This document shows, piece by piece, positions 1 through 7,916 of a stretch of 36,279 nt of DNA. The notes under the pieces were generated by a model that worked only from the letters and a program-made list of their open reading frames with translations, ran no database searches and had not been told where the DNA came from. Made by a program: the position numbers and the translations under genes. The DNA comes from Paracoccaceae bacterium (lineage in GTDB: Bacteria; Pseudomonadota; Alphaproteobacteria; Rhodobacterales; Rhodobacteraceae). Position 1 is the first letter of the stretch. Every line of letters begins with the position of its first letter. The stretch is taken from the NCBI GenBank assembly GCA_003511785.1, contig DOIS01000154.1, positions 1-36,279 on the forward strand, written 5' to 3'.

Positions 1-690
1 GGATCACATGCGGGTTCTGCGACGTGGTATATAATGTGTGATCGCCCGATGCGCGGTCGTATTCGCCAATCGCCACGCGCGGCTCCATCGGATTGGCGAA
101 AAGCCGGTTGTTCACCAGTTCCAGCGTGGTGACATGGGCAGCATCCTTGAACGCCTGCGTCACCGCATCCTTGTTTTCCTCGACATAGCCCCAGTCGTAA
201 CACAGGTTGCCGGTCAGATCGTCATGTACCTTGGTCGATCCCTCGGCCAGCGCCGCCTTCATGTCGACAACGGCGGGCAGTTCTTCGATATCAAGATCGA
301 TCGCCTCGGCCGCGTCGCGCGCCTGTTCCAGCGTGTCGGCCACCACGGCGCAGATCGGATCGCCCACGTGACGCACCTTGCCCTGGACCAGGATCGGGTG
401 CGGCGGCTCCTGCATCGGCTGCCCGTGCCGGTCCGTCACCTGCCAGCCGCAGGGCATGCCGCCCACGCCCTCGAAATCCCTGCCGGTGAAGATGCGACCA
501 CCCCGGGCATCGCCTCCGCCGCGCTGGTGTCGAGCCCTGTGATCCGCGCATGGGCCACGTCCGAGCGCAGGAAATGCACATGGGCCTGGCCCCGCAGGTT
601 GATGTCGTCGGTGTAATTCCCGGCCCCGGTCAGGAACCGCACGTCCTCGCGCCGCTTCGGGCTGGCGCCGATACCATGGTCTTTCGGCAT
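1..690 (-). pseudogene. coxL: Molybdopterin-binding large subunit of a CoxL/xanthine-dehydrogenase-family enzyme (form-II CODH-like). Only the 5' part is in the window, and the frame is broken near 494-497.
   Basis: ATG at 690 gives [66 protein letters not shown]. That frame then terminates at 436. Another frame continues [26 protein letters not shown]...NRLFANPMEPRVAIGEYDRASGDHTLYTTSQNPHVI open to position 1. This is typical CoxL N-terminal sequence, and joining the two parts needs one extra base. Confidence 0.8.
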
Positions 691-791
691 GTCCTTGTCT
701 CCTCCCTGATGTCCCGCAGCCGCTCCTCAACCCTCACGGGCTTCCTCGCGAGAAAGGCCCGCACCGGGCCTGACGAGCGCGCGGGCGGCCG

Positions 792-1276
792 TCATTCTGC
801 GGCGATGGTCTCCACGTCCTGGCCCGATGCGGCCATGATCGCCTTGACGATGTTGTGATACCCGGTGCAGCGGCACAGGTTGCCGCTGAGATAGCTGCGC
901 ACCTCGTCTTCGCTGGGCTTGGGGTTCTCCTTGAGCAGCGCGGCGGCGCTCATCACCATGCCCGGCGTGCAGAAGCCGCATGCAGCCCGTGATGGTCCTG
1001 GAACGCCTGCTGGATCACGTTGAGCGACCCGTCGGCACCGGCCTGGCCCTCGATCGTGTCCACGCTCGCACCCTCGGCCTCGGCGGCCAGCATGTTGCAG
1101 GACTTCACCGCCACACCGTCCACATGCACCACGCAGGCGCCGCATTGGCCGGTGTCGCAACCCACATGGGTGCCGGTCAGCCCCAGCCCGTCGCGCAGGA
1201 ACGTGGAGAGCAGCGTCCGCCCCTCGACCTCGCCCGACGCAGGCTTGCCGTTCACGGTCATCTTGACCTGTGCCAT
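792..1276 (-). pseudogene. coxS: (2Fe-2S)-binding small subunit, CoxS-like; frame broken near 980-983
   Basis: GGAGG lies 7 nt upstream of the ATG at 1276. The N-terminal half [11 protein letters not shown]...[22 protein letters not shown] carries the first Fe-S Cys motif and stops after QDHHGL. The C-terminal half (Q)[16 protein letters not shown]...[18 protein letters not shown] carries the second Fe-S motif and is in another frame, ending at 792. Observed ctgcatgcggc versus expected ctgca(g/a)tgcggc. Confidence 0.85.
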
Positions 1277-1355
1277 TCATTTCCTCCCGGTTGGTTTTTT
1301 CTCCCTTGCCGTGGAGTTAAGCAGGTCGGAGCGGGCTTGAGAACCCGGAATCTCG

Positions 1356-1378
1356 TCCGCTCACGCCGCCCGTGAGCG
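1356..1378 (-). other. 9-bp-stem hairpin (ccgctcacg / cgtgagcgg, 5-nt loop) directly after the MoeA-like stop and upstream of coxS
   Basis: Perfect inverted repeat read in the sequence. No U-tract follows, so it is more likely an intercistronic stabiliser or processing hairpin than a terminator. Confidence 0.3.
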
Positions 1379-1382
1379 GGCC

Positions 1383-2387
1383 TCAGCGGGCAGTGCGCCC
1401 GGCGCGCGGCTGTGGTCGTGTGGGAATCTCCTTGAGCAGCCCGCCCACGCCCATGCCCGCGATGTCCTCGGCGCGAACTGGCAGCCCGCAGAGCACGCGT
1501 CCCAGAACCCAGTCGGCCCCGTTGAGCGCGGGCGAGCGGGCGCAGCCCGGCAGGCCGATCACCGGACGCCCGTCCAGATCGCCCAGAAACAGCAGGTTGC
1601 CCGGATCGACCGGCATCCCGAACCGCTCGACCCGTCCGCCGGCGGCGCGCAGGGCGGCGGGCGCCACGTCCTGCGGGTCCGAGGTGGCCGAGCCGGTGAG
1701 GATCAGCACCGCCTCGCCCGCCACCTCGCCCAACGCGCCCGACAGGGCGTCCCGCTCATGGGCGACGGTCCGCGTCTCGACAAGGGCGCCGCCCAGCGCC
1801 TCCACCCGCCCGGCAATGGCCGCGATCGCCTTGTCGTCCTTTGGACCGCCCGGGATGCGTGTCACCACCAGCCCCACATCGGCGAGGGTCGGCCGGGCGA
1901 AGCCGATCGCCCCCGCCCCGGCCCGCGCGGCGCGCATCACATCCGCTTCGGGCACGGCGTAGGAGATCACCTTGATCGTGGCCACCATGCCGCCCGCGCC
2001 CATCTGCTGGAAGGGCGGCACCGTGGCCACGGTGATCATCGGGTTCACCCGGTTGAACGCTTCCACCGCCGCCACGTCGAGCCGCACCAGCCCCGGCCCC
2101 TCGGCGATCACGTTGACCCGGCCGGTAAACGGCGCGGTCAGGCGCAGGCCCACCGCCGCCGGATCGGGCACCAGCGCGCGCGGCAGCGCCTCGGCGGCGT
2201 CGTTCTCGTGCAGGTCGCCAGGCTCGAGCCGGGCCACGATCACGCTCTCGTGCCCCTCGGCGCCCAGCCGGGCGATGGCCTCCCCGTCCAGCGTCATGCC
2301 CTTGCGCAGCTTGCCGCTGGCCAGACCGACCGAATGGGCCAGGATCGCGCCCTCGGCCTCTGCCAGCGCGACCGGTCCGAATCTCAC
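1383..2387 (-). CDS. Molybdopterin-binding accessory protein with a MoeA/CinA-type MoCF-biosynthesis domain
   Basis: Intact 334-aa ORF. Its GTG start overlaps the upstream XdhC-family stop (GTGA). It has a C-terminal LILTGSATSDPQDV...GMPVDPGNLLFLG...GLPGCARSP pattern typical of MoCF-biosynthesis-domain proteins in cox/xdh clusters. Confidence 0.6.
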   Translation of the reverse strand: MRFGPVALAEAEGAILAHSVGLASGKLRKGMTLDGEAIARLGAEGHESVIVARLEPGDLHENDAAEALPRALVPDPAAVGLRLTAPFTGRVNVIAEGPGLVRLDVAAVEAFNRVNPMITVATVPPFQQMGAGGMVATIKVISYAVPEADVMRAARAGAGAIGFARPTLADVGLVVTRIPGGPKDDKAIAAIAGRVEALGGALVETRTVAHERDALSGALGEVAGEAVLILTGSATSDPQDVAPAALRAAGGRVERFGMPVDPGNLLFLGDLDGRPVIGLPGCARSPALNGADWVLGRVLCGLPVRAEDIAGMGVGGLLKEIPTRPQPRAGRTAR

Positions 2388-3360
2388 GCCCGTTTCCCGC
2401 GCAGCACGGCGTTCATCTCGGCCAGGATCGCCACCGCGATCTCGGCCGGCCCCGCTGCGCCGATGTCGAGGCCGACGGGTCCGTGAATGCGCCCGATCTG
2501 CGCCTCGGTGAAGCCCGCCGCGCGCAGCCGGTCCACCCGCTTGGCATGGGTCCGGGTCGAGCCCAGCGCGCCGATATAGAACACCTCGCCCGCCAGCGCC
2601 GCGTGCAACGCAGGGTCGTCCAGCTTGGGGTCGTGGGTCAGCAGCACCAGCGCCGTGCGCCCGTCCAGCTCCAGCCCCTCCAGCGCCGCGTCGGGCCAGT
2701 CGTCCAGCACCGTCTCGCCGGGAAAGCGGTCGGGCGCGGCGAAGGCGGGGCGCGGGTCGATCAGCACCGGGTCATAGCCCGCGATCCGCGCCATGGGCAC
2801 CAGGGCCTGCGCGATATGCACCGCCCCCACCACCGCTAGCCGCAGCGGCGGGTTGTGCACGGCGACGAAGAGTTCGCCCTCCTCCTCGAAGCCCGACCGG
2901 TCCATACGCATCCGCTCCGGGTAGGCCCCGTGCAGCAGCCGCCGCGTCCCGTCGCTCAGCCGCAGCTCGTAGGCCACCGCCTGCCGTTTTGCGCGTGCCG
3001 CCACGAGCTCGGCCAGCAGGTCCTCGGGGATCGCCGCGCCCACCGGCTCGACCAGCACCCGTATGGTGCCGCCGCAGGCCAGGCCCACGGCGAAGGCGTC
3101 GGCATCGCTCACCCCGAATTCCAGCAGCCGGTGCTCGCCCGTCTCCAGCGCCTCCAGCGCCTCGACGATCACCGCCCCCTCGACGCAGCCGCCCGAGACC
3201 GAGCCCGCGATGCGCCCGTCGCCCGCGATGGCCAGCTGCGCCCCAACCCGGCGCGGCGCGCTGCCCCAGGTCTCGACCACCGTGGCCAGATGGTGCCTGC
3301 ACCGGCGCGGTGCCAGTCGAGCGCGGTCTCGGGAATGGCGTCGAACGGCGCCTGGGTCAT
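2384..3360 (-). pseudogene. XdhC/CoxI-family Mo-cofactor insertion chaperone; frame broken near 3288-3291
   Basis: ATG at 3360 gives MTQAPFDAIPETALDWHRAGAGTI, after which the frame degenerates. The rest of the protein is in another frame: LATVVETWGSAPRRVGAQLAI...SVSGGCVEG...LAVVGAVHIAQAL...GPVGLDIGAAGPAEIAVAILAE. Observed accatctggcc versus expected accatcCtggcc. Confidence 0.75.
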
Positions 3361-3446
3361 TGGGGCACACTCCTCGGGGTTTGCCCCAGAATTGAGCCCG
3401 GCGCCCACGGCGTCAAGCCGGGACGCCTGCGGTCCGCTGCGCAGGC

Positions 3447-3488
3447 GAAAACGCGGCCCGGGGGGGAACACGAAGGCCCCGGACCGCG
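3447..3488 (-). terminator. Candidate intrinsic terminator downstream of the YeeE/YedE pair
   Basis: On the minus-strand RNA, an 11-bp stem GCGGUCCGGGG / CCCCGGGCCGC (one G-U pair) with a 13-nt loop is followed by UUUU. It sits about 50 nt after the stop at 3538. Confidence 0.4.
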
Positions 3489-3537
3489 CAGACGGGGACG
3501 AGTGGTACCCCCCGCCCCAGGGGCTTGGCCCCCGTCC

Positions 3538-4131
3538 CTATTCGGCCGGATGCCGCTGCCCCTGCGGCGCGCCCAGCAGCCGCTCGGGCAGCGCGAAGGC
3601 CACGGCGACGAAGCCCAGCCCCAGCACGATGCCCAGCAGATCGCCCGGCAGCCCGGTCAGGCCCGGGTAGTCGGCGCCGGGGACCATGCCCAGGGTGGTC
3701 TTGCCGCCGGCGATGTTCTCCAGCAGCCCCGAGGCCACCCAGGCCGGGTACGTCACCATGTAGGCGGCCGCGCCCAAGAGCCCGCCGGCGATGAAGAACA
3801 GCGCGTCATGGCGCCCCGAGGCGGCGGCGACCACGCCGGTGCCCGGGCAGAACCCGGCCAGCGCCCAGCCCGCGCCCAGCATCACGCCGCCGATGAAGAC
3901 GCCGATATAGGCCGCCTTGACCGACATGTGCCCCACATCCACGAGGCCGATCATCTGGCCCGCGAACATCAGCACCGAGCCCACGCCGATGGCCAGCAGG
4001 ATGGTCTTGGCCAGGCCCAGCGCCTTGAGGCTGAGCATCCACCCGATGATCGAGGGGTCCGAGGCACCGATCCGGTCCAGCACGGCGCCGAAGGCCATGC
4101 CGATGACGATGGCGAGAAGAATGGTGGTCAT
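3538..4131 (-). CDS. YeeE/YedE-family (sulfur-compound transport-like) membrane protein
   Basis: Intact 197-aa, highly hydrophobic ORF with a GFCPGTG motif. It starts 3 nt after the paralogous upstream gene. Confidence 0.8.
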   Translation of the reverse strand: MTTILLAIVIGMAFGAVLDRIGASDPSIIGWMLSLKALGLAKTILLAIGVGSVLMFAGQMIGLVDVGHMSVKAAYIGVFIGGVMLGAGWALAGFCPGTGVVAAASGRHDALFFIAGGLLGAAAYMVTYPAWVASGLLENIAGGKTTLGMVPGADYPGLTGLPGDLLGIVLGLGFVAVAFALPERLLGAPQGQRHPAE

Positions 4132-4134
4132 GGC

Positions 4135-4686
4135 TCAGCCCTCCTTGCGATACAGCATCAAGGCCACCGGGACCGCCGCCCCGAAGGCACCCAGCGCGAA
4201 GATGTAGCCCGACACGGCGGTCTGCATCATTCCCGACATCATGTGCCCCGAGGTGCAGCCCCCCGCGAGACGCGCGCCGTAGAGGACGATGAACCCGCCC
4301 AGGAAGGCGGCGGCGTGGCGCCTCAAAGGGCTGTCGCCGAAATTGGCGCGCCAGAGCGCCGGGACGCGGCGATCCGGCTTCGGGATGCCGCCGCGCGTCA
4401 TCGCCGACAGGAACCCGCCGGCGGCCATGGCCAGCACGAAGACGAAGCTGTAATTCAGCGGGTTGGCGGCGTTGCCGGCGTATTTCCCGCCCGACTTGGC
4501 GAGATAGGCATTGGTGGAGGTGTATCCCTCCTCGGTCTCGGTGATCAGGCCGGGATTGACCGCGTCTCCGATGATCGCGTCGAGGATGACGAACTGCGTT
4601 GAGACGCCGATCGGTTTGACCAGCAGCACGGCGGCAAAGAACACCAGCCCCAGCAGCAGCCCCCCGGTTTTCCAGTTGAGTGGCAT
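4135..4686 (-). CDS. YeeE/YedE-family membrane protein
   Basis: Intact 183-aa ORF with GARLAGGCTSGH, the characteristic conserved Cys loop of YeeE/YedE proteins. It is paired with 3538..4131. Confidence 0.8.
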   Translation of the reverse strand: MPLNWKTGGLLLGLVFFAAVLLVKPIGVSTQFVILDAIIGDAVNPGLITETEEGYTSTNAYLAKSGGKYAGNAANPLNYSFVFVLAMAAGGFLSAMTRGGIPKPDRRVPALWRANFGDSPLRRHAAAFLGGFIVLYGARLAGGCTSGHMMSGMMQTAVSGYIFALGAFGAAVPVALMLYRKEG

Positions 4687-4857
4687 GACACTCCCCCTCC
4701 GGCTGGTTCACATTCTAAGGCCAGAATACGACTCACATTCGCCTGCCGGAATGATTCAGATCAAGTTCACGACTCGCTGGACGGGGCGCGCGCGGCGCCT
4801 AAACTCCGCATCGCGGCCGCAGGGGCCGTAGATTTTTTTCGCAAGGAATACTCCGCC

Positions 4858-5370
4858 ATGAATATCCCGTTTGCACGCCGGATTACCGGCCCGCTTGCCG
4901 CCGCCCTGCTGACCCTGCCGCTGACCGCCCAGGCCGAACCCTTCACCCTTTTCGGCGAGGTCGAGGGCTGGAAGGTCTTTGCCGATGCAGAGAAGACCTC
5001 CTGCTTGATCGAACAGATGGACCCGGCCGGCAACGTGGTCCAGATGGGCCTGACCGAGGATCGCGCCGTGGGCTATGTGGGCCTGTTCACCCTGGCCGAA
5101 ACCGATTTCAAGCGCGGCGAGACCGGGGCCGTCGCCATCCTGCTGGGCGAGAATCTCTATCTGGGCGAGGCCACCGGGATGCGCGGCAACATCACCAAGG
5201 GGTATTCGGGCGGCTACGTGCTTTCGGACGATCCGCAATTCGTCACCGACATCGCCCAGCAATACGAGATGGTGATCTTTCCCGAGCAGCCCTATGCCGT
5301 GGTGGTCGACCTGACCGGCACGAAGAAGGCCATCGAGATGGCGCGGGAGTGCAACGCGGCGCAGATGTGA
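4858..5370 (+). CDS. Secreted hypothetical protein
   Basis: 170-aa ORF with a Sec-type signal peptide (MNIPFARRITGPLAAALLTLPLTAQA|EP), high GC3 and AAGGA upstream. I recognised no family. Confidence 0.6.
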   Translation: MNIPFARRITGPLAAALLTLPLTAQAEPFTLFGEVEGWKVFADAEKTSCLIEQMDPAGNVVQMGLTEDRAVGYVGLFTLAETDFKRGETGAVAILLGENLYLGEATGMRGNITKGYSGGYVLSDDPQFVTDIAQQYEMVIFPEQPYAVVVDLTGTKKAIEMARECNAAQM

Positions 5371-5405
5371 GCCGCTGCCCCGCCGCCCGGCACGGGCCGA
5401 CGGGG

Positions 5406-5453
5406 CAAAATTCTTCGAAGAATTTTGGTCCAGGAGTTTTCGAAAACTCCTGG
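5406..5453. repeat. Tandem double-palindrome intergenic element, copy A
   Basis: Perfect 22-nt palindrome caaaattcttcgaagaattttg (5406-5427) plus perfect 24-nt palindrome ccaggagttttcgaaaactcctgg (5430-5453), between convergent gene ends. Confidence 0.8.
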
Positions 5454-5460
5454 GCCGGCC

Positions 5461-6733
5461 TCAGCCGGACAGCGCCGCCATCAGCCGGACCTTTTCGCCC
5501 GTATCCGAAGGCTGCGAAATCGCCAGGGCCAGATCCTCGATCGCGGCGATGGAATGGCCCGCGCGAAAACTGTCCACATGGGGCAGCATCGCGCGGATGC
5601 CCTGCGCGCGGGGCGCGAACCCGTCCCAGCGCAGGAGCGGGTTGAGCCAGATCAACCGGCGTGCCGAAAGATGCAGCCGCTCCATCTCGTGGGCCAGCCG
5701 GTCGGGGTCGTCGCGGTCCAGCCCGTCGGTGATGAGCAGCACCACCGCCCCCTGCCCCATCACCCGGCGCGACCAGTCGCGGTTGAAGGCGTGCAGGCAG
5801 TCGCCGATCCGCGTGCCCCCCCTCCCAGTCCTGCGCCTGCGCCCCGGCAGCGGCCAGCGCCGCGTCCACGTCGCGCTGCGCCAGATGCCGGGTGATGTTG
5901 GTCAGCCGCGTGCCGAAGGTGAAGGCGTGCACCCGGGCCCAGCCCTGCCCCTTGGCATTCGAGACGGTATGGAGGAAATGCAGGATGACCCGGCTGTATT
6001 GGCTCATCGAGCCGGAAATGTCGCAAAGCACCACAAGGTTGGGCCAGCGCGGTTTCGGCCTGGCCCAGGCGATGTCGCGCAGCTCGCCCCCCTGGCGTTG
6101 CGCCGCGCGCAAAGTGCGGCGGCGGTCGATGCGCCGGCCCAGCGCGCTGGCCTCGGCGCGGCGCGAAGGGATCGGCGTCACCGGCAGTGCCAGCCGCTCG
6201 AGCATCCGCTTGGCGCGGGCCATCTCCTGCGTGCTCATCTGCTCGAAATCGAGGCTGCGCAGGCGTTCCTCGGCGGACATGGTCACCGTCGAGTCCACCT
6301 CGATCTCGATCCCCTCATCGGTCCCGTCCCGGCCCTCTTCGGGACGCTCGGCCCCTGCCCCGTCCAGCAGCGCCTCGGCCGCGCGTTTCTCTGCCGATTG
6401 TGCGGTGCGATCCTCCTGCACGCCGCGGATGGCGGGCAGCATCATCGCCATCATGTGCTCCATGTAGCGCGGGTCGCGCCAGTAGAGGCGGAACACCTGG
6501 GAAAAGACCAGCCGGTGCTCGGGGCGCGAGACGAAACAGGCGTGCAGCGTCCAGTAGAAATCCCGCTTCTCGGTGAAGCCCGCCACCGCCACCGCGCGGA
6601 TCGCATCGGCCACCCGGCCCGGTCCGATGGGCAGCCCGGCGCGGCGTAGGGCGCGGCGTAGGGCGCGGGCGAAATGGGTGATGTTGTGGACCAGCTTGGG
6701 GCGGTCGGGGATGTCGAGGGGGAGGCCTTCCAA
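5461..6733 (-). pseudogene. VWA-domain protein (CoxE-like); frame broken in a C7/G7 homopolymer at 5816-5822
   Basis: The N-terminal 300 aa include the MIDAS motif LCDISGSM and run to AQDWEGG. The conserved continuation (G)TRIGDCLHAFNRDWSRRVMGQGAVVLLITDGLDRDDP...LNPLLRWDGF... ending at 5461 is in another frame. Removing one G from the run gagGGGGGGGcac restores GGTRIG. The apparent start is TTG at 6733, with GAGG 5 nt upstream. Confidence 0.8.
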
Positions 6734-6734
6734 C

Positions 6735-6792
6735 TAAACCTCGTGGGGGCTCTGCCCCCACACCCCCGAAGTATTTCTCGCAAGAGGAAGCA
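6735..6792 (-). repeat. G5/C5-hairpin intergenic element, copy 1 (inverted relative to copy 2)
   Basis: It fills the gap between the MoxR stop and the VWA start. Hairpin gtgggggc-tct-gcccccac lies at 6743-6761. Its reverse complement shares the blocks TGCTTC..AAATA..CGGGGG..GGGGGCAG.GCCCCC..CG..TTT with 18224-18285. Confidence 0.65.
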
Positions 6793-7716
6793 TCAGGCCG
6801 GCTCGAGCCCCGCGCGCGCCTCGTCGAGCAGGCGTTTCGCCTCCGAGCCCTGAAGCCGGGCGATGTCGTCCTGGTATTTCAGGATCGCGCCCAGCGTGTC
6901 GGCGATCACCTCGGGGCTGAGGTCGATCACGTCGAGCGCCAGCAGGCATTTCGCCCAGTCGATGGTCTCGGCCACGCCGGGTTTCTTGAACAGGTCCTCG
7001 GTGCGCAGCTTCTGGACGAAGGCCACGATCTCGCGCGAGAGGGTCTCGGAGGCCTCCGGCGCGCGGGCGGCGAGGATCTCGATCTCGCGGTCGAAATCCG
7101 GGCAATCGACCCAGTGATAGAGGCAGCGCCGCTTGAGCGCGTCATGCACCTCGCGCGTGCGGTTCGAGGTCAGGATCACGATGGGCGGCTCGGGCCCGCG
7201 GATCGTGCCCAGCTCGGGGATCGTGACCTGGAAATCCGACAGCGCCTCCAACAGGAAGGCCTCGAAGGGCTCGTCGGTGCGGTCCAGCTCGTCGATCAGC
7301 AGCACCGGGGCGCCACGCTCGTCGGGGCGCATCGCCTGCAACAAGGGCCGCTCGATCAGGTAGTCCGGCCCGAACAGCTCGCGTTGCAGGATGTCGCGGT
7401 CCGCGTCGCCTTGCGCCTCGGCGGTGCGGATAGCGATCATCTGGGCGGGAAAGTTCCATTCATAGACCGCCGACCCCGCGTCCAGCCCCTCGTAGCATTG
7501 CAGCCGGATCAGCCGCCGGTTCAGCCCGGCGGCCAAGGCCTTGGCGATCTCGGTCTTGCCGGTGCCGGCCTCGCCCTCGAGAAACAGCGGCCGGCCCAGT
7601 TTCAGGGCCAAGAACGCCACCGTCGCCAACGCGCGACCACAGACATAGTCCTGGCCGGCCAGCAGGGCCTGGGTGGCGTCGATGCTTGCGGGGAGGCTCA
7701 CCGGATCGTCTCGCAT
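6793..7716 (-). CDS. MoxR-family AAA+ ATPase (CoxD-like)
   Basis: Intact 307-aa ORF with Walker A GEAGTGKT and Walker B VLLIDELDR. It lies immediately upstream of the VWA gene, the classic MoxR-VWA pairing. Confidence 0.9.
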   Translation of the reverse strand: MRDDPVSLPASIDATQALLAGQDYVCGRALATVAFLALKLGRPLFLEGEAGTGKTEIAKALAAGLNRRLIRLQCYEGLDAGSAVYEWNFPAQMIAIRTAEAQGDADRDILQRELFGPDYLIERPLLQAMRPDERGAPVLLIDELDRTDEPFEAFLLEALSDFQVTIPELGTIRGPEPPIVILTSNRTREVHDALKRRCLYHWVDCPDFDREIEILAARAPEASETLSREIVAFVQKLRTEDLFKKPGVAETIDWAKCLLALDVIDLSPEVIADTLGAILKYQDDIARLQGSEAKRLLDEARAGLEPA

Positions 7717-7793
7717 GGGACACAGAAAGTCACGCGCTCGGCCCCCGCGTCAAGACGACATCTGACCGCGCGCCCGACCCGAGGGCCGAAATG

Positions 7794-7822
7794 TTGACGC
7801 TTCCCCGGCAAACTGTCATTCT
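7794..7822 (+). promoter_or_regulatory. Possible sigma70-type promoter for the glycosyltransferase cluster
   Basis: TTGACG-N17-CATTCT about 95 nt upstream of the ATG at 7917. Pattern match only. Confidence 0.2.
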
Positions 7823-7916
7823 TTAGGAAACAATAAAGGGGTCGCGGGCACACTCCGCGACCGGAGGCGGACAGCACGATGCAGAGCGGCGAGGCCCGGG
7901 GCCCGGGCGGTCAACC

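Noticed and set aside
2989-4602. 537-aa plus-strand ORF. Similar very long ORFs lie at 9370..11298(-), 16199..17833(-), 17974..19551(-), 22071..24662(-), 24457..25983(-), 12085..13176(-), 12837..14228(-), 14080..15297(-) and 20060..21076(-).
   Set aside because: They have Arg/Pro/Gly/Ala-rich low-complexity translations and lie antisense to genes with clear family signatures. These are typical stop-codon-poor shadow ORFs of high-GC DNA.
5243-5460. C-terminal 190 aa of the 496-aa ORF 5243..6733, which reads through the palindromic repeats and overlaps the end of 4858..5370
   Set aside because: This is the out-of-frame read-through caused by the G7 frameshift. The translation is Arg/Pro/Gly nonsense, and the conserved VWA C-terminus is in the other frame, ending at 5461.
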